DNA of 20,774 nucleotides from Phycisphaeraceae bacterium. GTDB lineage: Bacteria; Planctomycetota; Phycisphaerae; Phycisphaerales; Zrk34. The position numbers and the translations under genes are program-made. Under the pieces are notes generated by a model. That model saw only the letters and a program-made list of their open reading frames with translations. It was not told where the DNA came from and ran no database searches. The stretch is from positions 1-20,774 of the forward strand of contig JBBDRF010000066.1 of NCBI GenBank assembly GCA_040905565.1, in the 5' to 3' direction. Below, in pieces: positions 6,856 to 15,574 of the stretch; the first letter of the stretch is position 1, and the number at the start of each line of letters is the position of its first letter.

Positions 6856-8333
6856 GGCAGGGTATGTGGACTTTCAGGCATGCGGTGATTCGCGTGCAAA
6901 AGTGTTTCAAGTTCACGCACCATCCCTTCGCCAAGGACGTGCTCGATGTCGTCCGCATCGCGATCGACGTGGCTCGGCGCGATGTCGGCATAGCGGATCA
7001 AAAACAGCTCCCAAAGCCGATGATTGCGCACCACGCGGACCGCTTCGTGCCGACCGGTTTCGGTCAGCCTCACCGACCCGCCTCGCACCGTCACCAGCCC
7101 CTCGCGCTCAGCCCGGCCAAGCAAACGCTTAAGCACGAACCGCGACCACGAACGCCGACGCAGCAGATGCTCCACCGGCACCGGTCCGCCAGTTCCTTCC
7201 CCAGCCGCCCGATCAGTTGTCGGAAGCAGTGGGGGGGCCGGTGGGGTGGTGGTGGGGGGGGTGGGGTGTTCGTAGAGGTCGCGCAGCAGGTGTTGAATTT
7301 CCGTGCGACGCCGGACGCTGATATGCCGAACGAGCTGCGCTACCACGCCCCGGCGCGGCCCCGCCAACAGCGAGACGATGAAGAACATCGCACACACCAG
7401 CACAATCACCGGACCGGTCGGCATGCGGGGGAACATCGCCGACACCAGCGCACCGAGGAAGCCGGATCCCGCGCCGATCAACGCCGCCGTCACCACCATC
7501 GGGAACAGCCGATCGGTCCAGAAGCGTGCCGCAGCCGGCGGGATGATCAACAGCCCGACCACCAGCACCAGCCCCACCGCCTGCAGGCCGATCACCGTCA
7601 CCGCGACGACCATCGCCATCATCAGCACATCAATCGCCAGCACCGCCCAGCCCTGCGCCGACGCGTACTGGGCATCGAAGCAGATTAGCGCGAATTCCTT
7701 GTAGAGCACCAGGCAGGCGAAGGCGATCACCGCCGCCGCGACCAGCATCGTCCACGCATCGGTCGCGGATAGCGCCGCCGCCTGACCGAGAATGAACCGG
7801 TCGATGCCCGCTGCGTTCCCGCCGGGCAGCTGCTGCACGATGCCCAGCAGCGCCACGCCGAGTCCGAAGAACACCGACAGCACGATGCCGAGTGCCGCGT
7901 CATCCTTGATGCGTGTGGTATGCCGAATCGCCAGCACGGTGCCCATGCCCACCAGCCCCGCCAGCGTCGCCCCGCCCAGCAGCACCGGCAGCGATCGGCC
8001 CGTATGGCCAAATGCTGCCGCAACCAGGAAGGCCGCCGCGATGCCCGGAAGCGTCGCATGCGCTACCGCGTCCGCCATCAGCGAACGCTTCCGCAGCAGG
8101 GCGAAAACGCCGATCGTTCCGGCCGCCAACCCCAGCAGCGTCACCCCGCCTACCACCACCCGCGTGTTGTAATCGCGAAACGAAAGCACCCGCAGCATGT
8201 CGTCCGCATCAACCTGCGCCATCGCGTGCTCGCTCATCAGCAACTGCAGGGCCACCGTGATCAGCGCAAGCAGTACGCCTCGCGATTTGCGGAGAGGCCA
8301 AAAACTCCGGGTTTTGTCGTGATGACATCCCAT
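6852..8333 (-). CDS. troC: Mn/Fe/Zn ABC transporter permease (TroC-like) fused to C-terminal DtxR/MntR-type domain
   Basis: LLRKRSLMADAVAHATLPG, RIKDDAALGIVLSVFFGLG, GLQAVGLVLV..LLIIPPAAARFWT; C-terminus LTETG...VVRNHRLWELFL...HVDRDADDIEH. Start 8333 is coupled by a TGATG overlap; later starts (e.g. 8237) are possible. Confidence 0.9.
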   Translation of the reverse strand: MGCHHDKTRSFWPLRKSRGVLLALITVALQLLMSEHAMAQVDADDMLRVLSFRDYNTRVVVGGVTLLGLAAGTIGVFALLRKRSLMADAVAHATLPGIAAAFLVAAAFGHTGRSLPVLLGGATLAGLVGMGTVLAIRHTTRIKDDAALGIVLSVFFGLGVALLGIVQQLPGGNAAGIDRFILGQAAALSATDAWTMLVAAAVIAFACLVLYKEFALICFDAQYASAQGWAVLAIDVLMMAMVVAVTVIGLQAVGLVLVVGLLIIPPAAARFWTDRLFPMVVTAALIGAGSGFLGALVSAMFPRMPTGPVIVLVCAMFFIVSLLAGPRRGVVAQLVRHISVRRRTEIQHLLRDLYEHPTPPTTTPPAPPLLPTTDRAAGEGTGGPVPVEHLLRRRSWSRFVLKRLLGRAEREGLVTVRGGSVRLTETGRHEAVRVVRNHRLWELFLIRYADIAPSHVDRDADDIEHVLGEGMVRELETLLHANHRMPESPHTLP

Positions 8334-9175
8334 CAGTTTCGCTGCTTGGCGATGGCGTGAGCGGCCTGGTCCAGCAGCGTCAGTCGGCCGCCGTACGTGT
8401 TCGTCAGATTCTCAGGCGTGAACACCTGATCCACAGGCCCCGTCGCCACCACACGCATGTTCAGCAGAATCAGGTGGTCGAAATACTGCGACACGGTCTG
8501 AAGATCATGATGCACCGCCACGACCGTTTTCCCTTCGTCCCGAAGACTGCGCAGCACGTCGATGATGGTGCGCTCGGTCGCGGCATCCACCCCCGCCAGC
8601 GGTTCGTCCATCAGGTACAGCTGCGCATTCTGCACCAGCGCCCGCGCCAGAAAAACGCGTTGCTGCTGCCCGCCCGATAGCTGCGAAATCTGGCGGTGGG
8701 CATACTCCGCCATGCCGACGCGCTCGAGTGATTCCATCGCCGCTTCGCGATGCTTTCGCCGCACCGGCCGAAGCCAGCCGATGCGTCCGTACAGGCCCAT
8801 CGTCACCACCTCCATCGCGGAAACCGGGAAGTCCCAGTCCACCGTCTCGCGCTGCGGCACGTACGCCACCAGATGCCGCTGCTTCTTGAACGGCTGGCCG
8901 AACACCAGCACCTGCCCCGACACCATCGGCACCAGGTTCATCGCCGCCTTAATCAGCGTCGACTTGCCCGCACCGTTCGGCCCAACAATCGCGATCAGCT
9001 TCCCCTCCGGCAGATCCAGATCAATATCCCACACCACCGGCTTGCGGTGATACGCCACCGTCATGTCGTGAATCGACAACGGCGAATCGTGCGGATGCTC
9101 CGCCCCCGTCGCCACGCCCTCGGTGGAATGCACTTGCGGTTGATTGGAATCTGCAGCCATGCGTTTCTCGCTCAT
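8333..9175 (-). CDS. troB: Metal (Mn/Zn/Fe) ABC transporter ATP-binding protein
   Basis: Walker A GPNGAGKS, YVPQRETVDWDFP, signature LSGGQQQR, Walker B YLMDEP, H-loop VHHDL. ATG 9175 overlaps the upstream TGA. Confidence 0.95.
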   Translation of the reverse strand: MSEKRMAADSNQPQVHSTEGVATGAEHPHDSPLSIHDMTVAYHRKPVVWDIDLDLPEGKLIAIVGPNGAGKSTLIKAAMNLVPMVSGQVLVFGQPFKKQRHLVAYVPQRETVDWDFPVSAMEVVTMGLYGRIGWLRPVRRKHREAAMESLERVGMAEYAHRQISQLSGGQQQRVFLARALVQNAQLYLMDEPLAGVDAATERTIIDVLRSLRDEGKTVVAVHHDLQTVSQYFDHLILLNMRVVATGPVDQVFTPENLTNTYGGRLTLLDQAAHAIAKQRN

Positions 9176-10167
9176 CAACGTGATGGTGTGAGCTTGCCCT
9201 GGAAGCCGCCTTGCGGAGCCTCCCCGCCGAGCGCCCGGGTAATGGTCGTCACGTTATGGTCGATCATACCCATGTAAGTGCCTTCGTAGGTGCCATCCGG
9301 CCCCATCGCATCGGAATAAAGCGTCCCGCCGATCGTCACCGTATGCCCGCGCGAGCCGGCCCCATCAATCAGCGCCCGAATGTTCTGGTTCGGCACGGAC
9401 GACTCAGCAAAAACCGCAGCAATCTCATTCTCCACGATCCGATCGACAAGCCGATTGATATCCGAAAGTCCCGCCGACGACTCTGTCGATAGTCCCTGCA
9501 CGCCCACCACATCAAGGCCGTACGCCCGGCCGAAGTAGGAAAAAGCATCGTGTGCCGTGATCATGGTCCGCTGATTCGCCGGGATCGTCGCCGTCGCTTC
9601 CTGGGCGTACCCATGCAGCGCGTCCAGCTCCGCCCGGTAGGCCGAAGCGTTCTCGCGGTAGTCTTCAGCATGAATCGGGTCGTACTCCGCCAGCGAATCC
9701 GCCACCGCATCAACCGCCTGGGACCACAGCGAAACATCCATCCAGACGTGCGGATCGGTGTAGTCCGTCTCTTCATCGAGCACCAGCAGCACCTCGGGAT
9801 CGAGCATCTCCGTCACCGGATAGATCGGCAACCCCCGCCGCGCCGCCCGCACGAACAGATCGCCCATGCGACCTTCAAGCATCAAACCGTTGTAGAAGAC
9901 GATGTCCGCTTCGAGAATTTCATTCACATCCCCACGCGTCGGACTATACAGATGCGGATCCACCCCCGCCCGCATCAGTGCCGTCACGTTCGCCTGCTCG
10001 CCCGCCACGTGCTCAACGATGTCGCGCACCATGCCCGTCGTCGTCACCACGGTATACGGATAGTCCGCCGGCCCTTCCCCGTCGTTCGCACCATCGCCCT
10101 CCGTCGCGGGACTACAGCCAACCAACCCGAGCAGAACAGTCACGGCAAAAGCAGCAAACAGACGCAT
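9175..10167 (-). CDS. troA: Metal ABC transporter substrate-binding lipoprotein (TroA/PsaA cluster A-I)
   Basis: Lipoprotein signal MRLFAAFAVTVLLGLVG-C; ligand motifs DPHLY, DPHVW, AHDAFSYF, LYSDA (3His+Asp, TroA type). SD GAAGGG before ATG 10167. Confidence 0.95.
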   Translation of the reverse strand: MRLFAAFAVTVLLGLVGCSPATEGDGANDGEGPADYPYTVVTTTGMVRDIVEHVAGEQANVTALMRAGVDPHLYSPTRGDVNEILEADIVFYNGLMLEGRMGDLFVRAARRGLPIYPVTEMLDPEVLLVLDEETDYTDPHVWMDVSLWSQAVDAVADSLAEYDPIHAEDYRENASAYRAELDALHGYAQEATATIPANQRTMITAHDAFSYFGRAYGLDVVGVQGLSTESSAGLSDINRLVDRIVENEIAAVFAESSVPNQNIRALIDGAGSRGHTVTIGGTLYSDAMGPDGTYEGTYMGMIDHNVTTITRALGGEAPQGGFQGKLTPSR

Positions 10168-10212
10168 AAGTTTCCCTTCTGAGATCGCCCCGTTACGGGG
10201 TCGCACATCTAA

Positions 10213-10232
10213 AGTTTAGGGTATCCGAAAGT
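10213..10232. promoter_or_regulatory. DtxR/MntR/TroR-family operator-like palindrome AGTTTAGG-GTAT-CCGAAAGT
   Basis: Core TTTAGG-N4-CCGAAA (5/6 dyad) with a TTAGG half-site typical of DtxR-family boxes; overlaps the spacer and -10 of the tro promoter. Confidence 0.7.
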
Positions 10233-10240
10233 ATTGTCAA
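10213..10240 (-). promoter_or_regulatory. sigma70 promoter of the tro operon, TTGACA-N16-TAAACT
   Basis: Perfect TTGACA at 10240-10235 and TAAACT at 10218-10213 on the minus strand, about 45 nt upstream of the troA ATG. Confidence 0.7.
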
Positions 10241-10373
10241 GGGGTAAACCGTCGCTTATCGCGAGAGGGACGCCTAAGCGATCATCCTTCGCCCGCCTGC
10301 AGCGACTTTGCTTTCGTCGGCAATCAACCCCCCATCCGCGCCGCCCCGCCGTGACCCTGCATGGTTTACGCGA

Positions 10374-10379
10374 TATGAT
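10374..10379 (+). promoter_or_regulatory. Possible -10 box (TATGAT) for a leaderless or short-leader transcript of the opp cluster
   Basis: TATGAT lies 8 nt before ATG 10388; no SD sequence. Confidence 0.35.
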
Positions 10380-10387
10380 AGTGCCCC

Positions 10388-11299
10388 ATGAGTACGGCCG
10401 TAATGACGACAACCCAACCGCTCAACCGCCGCCGCTGGCTCCCCGCCTCCACGAAGATATGGGGCCTAACGCTGATAACGATGGTGGCCCTGTGTCTGCT
10501 CTCACTCCCTTACACCATCGCGAACTATAACGGACAGGACCTGGACCAGACCCTCCATGCGCCCAGCCTGGCGTCGCCCTGGCTGTGGATGGGGACCGAT
10601 CAACTCGGCCGTTCGCTGCTGGTTCGCGTGCTGCTTGGCGGGGCGGTGTCGCTGGGCATCGGCCTCTTCGCCGCCGCCATCTCCGTCGTCATCGGCACCG
10701 CGTGGGGCATGGTGGCGGGATACTCCGGCGGCAAGATCGATCAAACCATGATGCGAATCGTGGACGTTTTATACGGCCTGCCGTACATCCTCCTCGTCGT
10801 CCTCCTCTCCGTCGCATTCGCCCCGTTCATGGAAAGGGTCGCCGGGGCACAACTCGGCAACCTCATTACGTTGCTCATCGCCATCGGCGCTGTTTCATGG
10901 TTAACTCTGGCCCGTGTGGTGCGGGGTCAGGTGCTCTCACTCAAGTCCCAGCCTTACGTTGAAGCCGCCCACGCCTCCGGCTGCTCACCCAGGCGAATTG
11001 TCCTCACGCATATTCTTCCGAACCTTATCGGCCCGATCATCGTCTATACCACTTTGACCGTGCCGCAGGCGATCCTTCAGGAATCGTTCCTGAGTTTTCT
11101 CGGCATCGGCGTGAGCCCCCCCATGCCCAGTTGGGGCAACCTCGCCGCTGAAGGATTGGGTGAGTTGAACCCCATCGCCTCACGCATCTGGCTGCTCGCC
11201 TGGCCCTGCGGCATGCTGGCGGTCACGCTGCTGGCGCTCAACTTCGTAGGCGAAGGGCTTCGCGATCGATTCGATCCGCACGCCCACCGCAAACGCTGA
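10388..11299 (+). CDS. oppC: Peptide/nickel ABC transporter permease, OppC/DppC family (copy 1)
   Basis: WMGTDQLGRSLLVRVLLGG, MMRIVDVLYGLP, ARVVRGQVLSLK..PYVEAA (EAA loop), HILPN, ESFLSFLGIG..PP.PSWG, NFVGEGLRDRFDP. Confidence 0.92.
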   Translation: MSTAVMTTTQPLNRRRWLPASTKIWGLTLITMVALCLLSLPYTIANYNGQDLDQTLHAPSLASPWLWMGTDQLGRSLLVRVLLGGAVSLGIGLFAAAISVVIGTAWGMVAGYSGGKIDQTMMRIVDVLYGLPYILLVVLLSVAFAPFMERVAGAQLGNLITLLIAIGAVSWLTLARVVRGQVLSLKSQPYVEAAHASGCSPRRIVLTHILPNLIGPIIVYTTLTVPQAILQESFLSFLGIGVSPPMPSWGNLAAEGLGELNPIASRIWLLAWPCGMLAVTLLALNFVGEGLRDRFDPHAHRKR

Positions 11300-11342
11300 T
11301 GTCCGGACGTAACAGCCTTCACCTCCACGGACGCATCGCCCC

Positions 11343-13190
11343 ATGGAAAACCGATTCGCATTCAAAGACCTCGTCATCGTTTCCCTCCTGCTGCTCCTGC
11401 TGATCGCCATCGGCGTGAAATTCGTTCAGGACGACCGCCAGTGGCAACGCCTCGGGCAGATGGACACCGTGATCGAAGGCCAAGGCCGTGACATAGCCGC
11501 CGTCCGCCGCCTGCTCTCCGATGGCAACTTCGCACGCGCCACCGGCGACTCCAGGCCCACCGAACCGGTCCGCGAAGATATCTTCCGCCGCATCCGGGAC
11601 GTCAAAGAAAACCCCGACTACGCCCAGGGCGACTGGCTCATCGAGTCCTTCGGCTCCGCGCCGCCGACGCTCAACCCGCTGATCGCAGGCGACGTTTACG
11701 GCAAAATCGTGCAGGCGAAGATCATCGAATCGCTTGCCGTTTACGACATTGAAACCCTCGAACTTGCGCCGCTGCTGGCGCGCGACTGGCAGGTCGCCGA
11801 CGACGGCATGTCCGTCACGTTCCAGCTACGCGAAAACGTTCTCTTCTCCGACGGCGAGCCCATGACCGCCGACGATGTGATTCATTCATTAAAGATGATC
11901 ACCCACCCCGACATCGCCGACGGCCGCTACATCCAGTGGTACAGCCGCATCGAAAAGGTCGAAGCGCTCGGCCCGTACGAGGTCCGCTTCACCTTCAACG
12001 AGCGCCACTACGACAACGTCGCCCGCGCCGCCGGCCTCGGCGTCGTCCCCGAACATCTCTACGACGGCCTCACCGATCGCCAGATCCGCCAGAGCACCGC
12101 GCTGCTCATGGGCACCGGTCCCTATCGTCTGCAGGATCCTCACGAATACACGCCCGGCTCGCAGATCGAGGTCGTCCGCAACAACCGTTACTGGGGCGAG
12201 CAACCCACCTTCGACCGCCTCGTCTGGCGCATCATCGAACAGGACTCCACCGAACTCGTCGAGTTCCAGAACGGCACCGTCGACATCATCGCCCCGCAGC
12301 CCCGCGACCATGTCCAGATGGTCGAGGACGAGGAACTGCTCGAAGAGAAAAACTACAAAGTCTACGACACCATGCGAACGCTCTACCAGTACGTCGCATG
12401 GAACCAGCAGCGCGGCGGCGAGCCCACCATCTTCGCTGACAAACGCGTGCGCCAGGCGATGACGCTCCTCATCGATCGCGAACAGCTCCTCAACGAAGTA
12501 TTCCTCGGCTTCGGCAGCATCGCTTCGGGACCGTTCCATCAGATCTCACCGCAGGCCGATCCGGATATCGAGCCCTGGCCTCATGACCCCGATCAGGCCA
12601 TGGAGATCCTCACGGAAGTCGGCTTCACCCGCGCCGGCGAAGATACGCCCCTGCTTGATCCCGAAGGCGACCCCTTCGAAATCACCCTCGTCTACCCCAG
12701 CGGCAGCGAACTCTACGATCGCGTCGCCCTCTCCCTCCGCGACAACCTCGCGCGGGCCGGCATCGACCTCAAGCTCGACCCGCAGCGCTGGTCGCTGCTG
12801 CTGGCCACCCTCGATTCACGTGACTTCGACGCCATCACCCTCGGCTGGGGCGCAGGCGGCGTCGAAAGCGATATCGAACAGATGTTCCACTCACGCACGA
12901 TCGACGGCGGCGACAACCGCAACGCCTACTCCAGCCCCGAACTCGACGAAGTCATCGACACCGCCCACGTCACACTCGATGACGACGAACGCATGAAGCT
13001 CTGGCAGCAGGCACACCGCATCCTCCACGAAGATCAGCCTTACACTTTCCTGCTCTTCGGAAAGCCCAGGCTCTGGTACGACAATCGCATCGAAGGCATC
13101 GTCGAGATGCCCAAGCTGGGCATCAACGCCGCGACCACCTGGCCCGTTCCCATCGAGTGGTACGTTCCCGAAGGTCAGCAAAAACGCTGA
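11343..13190 (+). CDS. oppA: Peptide ABC transporter substrate-binding protein, family 5 (OppA/AppA-like), N-terminal membrane anchor
   Basis: PTLNP, PLLARDW, FQLRENVLFSDGEPMTADDV, GTGPY, DKRVRQAMTLLIDR, ILHEDQPYTFL. N-terminal hydrophobic helix without a lipobox Cys. Confidence 0.9.
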   Translation: MENRFAFKDLVIVSLLLLLLIAIGVKFVQDDRQWQRLGQMDTVIEGQGRDIAAVRRLLSDGNFARATGDSRPTEPVREDIFRRIRDVKENPDYAQGDWLIESFGSAPPTLNPLIAGDVYGKIVQAKIIESLAVYDIETLELAPLLARDWQVADDGMSVTFQLRENVLFSDGEPMTADDVIHSLKMITHPDIADGRYIQWYSRIEKVEALGPYEVRFTFNERHYDNVARAAGLGVVPEHLYDGLTDRQIRQSTALLMGTGPYRLQDPHEYTPGSQIEVVRNNRYWGEQPTFDRLVWRIIEQDSTELVEFQNGTVDIIAPQPRDHVQMVEDEELLEEKNYKVYDTMRTLYQYVAWNQQRGGEPTIFADKRVRQAMTLLIDREQLLNEVFLGFGSIASGPFHQISPQADPDIEPWPHDPDQAMEILTEVGFTRAGEDTPLLDPEGDPFEITLVYPSGSELYDRVALSLRDNLARAGIDLKLDPQRWSLLLATLDSRDFDAITLGWGAGGVESDIEQMFHSRTIDGGDNRNAYSSPELDEVIDTAHVTLDDDERMKLWQQAHRILHEDQPYTFLLFGKPRLWYDNRIEGIVEMPKLGINAATTWPVPIEWYVPEGQQKR

Positions 13191-13223
13191 ACGCTCTCAA
13201 ACTGCGCCAGCACGTGAGCCGAT

Positions 13224-14351
13224 ATGATCAACTATCTCATTCGACGCATCCTGCTGATCATCCCGACGCTGCTCGGCATGACGATGCTCGTCTTCTCCAT
13301 CATGGCCTTCGCACCCGGTGACGTGGCCGACATGCTCATCACCTCCGAAGGCGAGATGCAGGCCGGCGACCGCGAAGCACGCCTGCAGTACATCCGCGAA
13401 CGCTACGGCCTCGATGATCCCGCGCCCGTGCAGTACCTCCGCTGGCTGAACAACATCTCCCCCGTCGGCTCATGGACCGAAGCGAACGCCGCCGACGCCC
13501 CCGCAGGCGTCGGTATCCCCATCGGTTCCAACGAAGAAGGCCACCCGCGCTACCTCGGCTTCAAGACCCCCGACCTCGGCCGATCGTTCATCCGCAACAC
13601 CACCGTGTGGGACGCCATCTCCGCCGCACTGCCGATCACCATTCTGCTCAACCTGATGTCCGTCCCCATCACCTACATCATCGCCGTCGGCATGGGCGTG
13701 TACGCCGGCCGTTACCGCGGGCAGAGTTTCGACGTCCTCTCAGGCATCACCATGCTCGCCATGTGGTCCGTCCCCGTCATCTGGGCGGGCGTGCTGCTGC
13801 AGGGCTTCTTCGCCAATCAGCAGTACCTTCACTGGTTCCCAAGCTCCGGCCTCCACGATCTCCAGGCCGACTCCATGCCGTTCCTCCCACGCTTCGGCGG
13901 CGAAGAAGGCTTCCAACGCGGCTGGCTCCTCGACCTCCTCTGGCACCTCGCGCTGCCCGTCTTCTGCCTCAGCTACACGAACTTCGCCTTCCTCTCCAAG
14001 CTCACGCGTGGTTCGATTCTCGAAAACCTCCGCTCCGACTTCGTCCGCACCGCACGCGCCAAGGGCGTCGGCGAAAAGACCGTCCTCTGGCAGCACGTCT
14101 TCCGCAACTCACTGCTGCCGCTCATCACCGTCGCGGCCTTTGTGGTCCCCTCCATGCTCGCCGGCTCGGTCATCGTCGAAACCATCTTCTCCATCCCCGG
14201 CATGGGCCGGCTGATGATCCAGGCGATCCAGTTCAAAGATCAGGAAGTCGTCATGTCCGTCACGCTCGTTGCGGGCATGCTTACCCTCGCCGCCTATCTG
14301 CTGGCCGACCTGCTCTACGCCGTCGCCGATCCGAGGGTCAGCTATGAGTGA
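13224..14351 (+). CDS. oppB: Peptide ABC transporter permease, OppB/DppB family
   Basis: YLIRRILLIIPTL, PGD, GLDDPAPVQY, DLGRSF, HLALP, DFVRTARAKG, HVFRNSLLP, GSVIVETIFSIPGMG, DLLYAVADPRV. Confidence 0.94.
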   Translation: MINYLIRRILLIIPTLLGMTMLVFSIMAFAPGDVADMLITSEGEMQAGDREARLQYIRERYGLDDPAPVQYLRWLNNISPVGSWTEANAADAPAGVGIPIGSNEEGHPRYLGFKTPDLGRSFIRNTTVWDAISAALPITILLNLMSVPITYIIAVGMGVYAGRYRGQSFDVLSGITMLAMWSVPVIWAGVLLQGFFANQQYLHWFPSSGLHDLQADSMPFLPRFGGEEGFQRGWLLDLLWHLALPVFCLSYTNFAFLSKLTRGSILENLRSDFVRTARAKGVGEKTVLWQHVFRNSLLPLITVAAFVVPSMLAGSVIVETIFSIPGMGRLMIQAIQFKDQEVVMSVTLVAGMLTLAAYLLADLLYAVADPRVSYE

Positions 14352-15567
14352 AAACCCCTCCATCGCCGTCGCCGAGCCCGGTCCCCGTCAGCTGCCGCGC
14401 ACCATTCTGCAGCAGGTGATCAGCCGCACCTTCGTCCGCTGGACCGCCCGCGTCGGCATCCTCTGGATCATCATCCTCGTCGTCCTCGCCGTCTTCGCGC
14501 CCTTCATCGCCAACTCCAACCCGTTCCTTATCAAGCTCGACGGCCAGTGGTCGAGCCCGATGTTCCAGACCCTCTCCGCACCGGACGTCATCCTGCCGAT
14601 CCTCTTCTTCGCAGGCGTCATCCTCCTTGCGATCGACCGCCTGCGTTTCAGTCGAAAATTACTGATCTTCATCGGCGTGCTCGTCGTCATCACACCCCTC
14701 GCCTTCCTCTTCGTGAGCCCGCCCGCCAGCCAGGTCTATGAGCGATACCGCGAGCGCGCCGAAGCCGGCCGCGTCGAATTCGTCCTCAACGCTCCCATCC
14801 CATACTCGCCCAGCGACCGCCTCCGTGACGATCCCTCCCGCCGCCTCACCGAGCCTTTCTGGGCCAGCGCCGCCATCAGTCACAACCACTGGCTCGGCAC
14901 CGAAGTCAACGGCTCCGACATCGCCAGCCGCATGATCCACGCCTGCCGCATCGCACTCGCCGTCGGCTTCATCGCCACCGGCATCGCGCTCGTCATCGGC
15001 GTCATCATCGGCTGCCTCATGGGCTACTTCTCAGGCATCGTCGACCTCATCGGCATGAGAATCGTCGAAATCTTCGAGTTCATCCCCACCCTCTTTCTCC
15101 TGCTCATGTTCGTCGCGTTCTTCGATCGCAACATCTACATGATGATGGCCATCATCGGCCTCACCAGTTGGGCCGGCTACGCGCGCTTCATCCGCGCCGA
15201 GTTCCTCAAACTCCGCAAGCAGGATTTCGTTCAGGCCGCCATCGCCTCAGGTCTCCCCCTCCGCTCCATCCTTTTCCGCCACATGCTTCCCAACGGCCTC
15301 GCGCCCGTCCTCGTCAGCGCCAGCTTCGGCGTCGCCGGCGCCATTCTCGCCGAAGCCACCCTCTCCTTCCTCGGGCTCGGCCTCGTCGACGAACCCTCAT
15401 GGGGCCAGCTTCTCTACCAGGCCACCAGCGCCACCGGCGCCTTCGCATGGTGGATCGCCGTCTTCCCAGGCCTCGCCATCTTCCTCACGGTCTTCGCCTA
15501 CAACCTCATCGGCGAAGCACTCCGTGACGCCATCGATCCCCACCTCAACAAAGCTTCCCACCTCTAA
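14344..15567 (+). CDS. oppC: Peptide ABC transporter permease, OppC/DppC family (copy 2, with extra N-terminal TM hairpin)
   Basis: ATG 14344 overlaps the end of oppB; HWLGTEVNGSD, ARFIRAEFLKLRKQDFVQAA, HMLPN, EATLSFLGLG, PSWG, NLIGEALRDAIDP. Confidence 0.92.
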   Translation: MSENPSIAVAEPGPRQLPRTILQQVISRTFVRWTARVGILWIIILVVLAVFAPFIANSNPFLIKLDGQWSSPMFQTLSAPDVILPILFFAGVILLAIDRLRFSRKLLIFIGVLVVITPLAFLFVSPPASQVYERYRERAEAGRVEFVLNAPIPYSPSDRLRDDPSRRLTEPFWASAAISHNHWLGTEVNGSDIASRMIHACRIALAVGFIATGIALVIGVIIGCLMGYFSGIVDLIGMRIVEIFEFIPTLFLLLMFVAFFDRNIYMMMAIIGLTSWAGYARFIRAEFLKLRKQDFVQAAIASGLPLRSILFRHMLPNGLAPVLVSASFGVAGAILAEATLSFLGLGLVDEPSWGQLLYQATSATGAFAWWIAVFPGLAIFLTVFAYNLIGEALRDAIDPHLNKASHL

Positions 15568-15574
15568 CGCTGAG

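Noticed and set aside
6837..7688. 283-aa plus-strand ORF with a poly-Gly run
   Set aside because: Antisense to troC; the Gly run only reflects the Pro-rich linker.
10168..10212. Mn-sensing yybP-ykoY or other riboswitch before troA
   Set aside because: The predicted leader is only about 40 nt, too short; it holds just a 5-bp hairpin.
13472..14347. 291-aa Arg/Pro-rich alternative-frame ORF
   Set aside because: Off-frame product of oppB codon bias.
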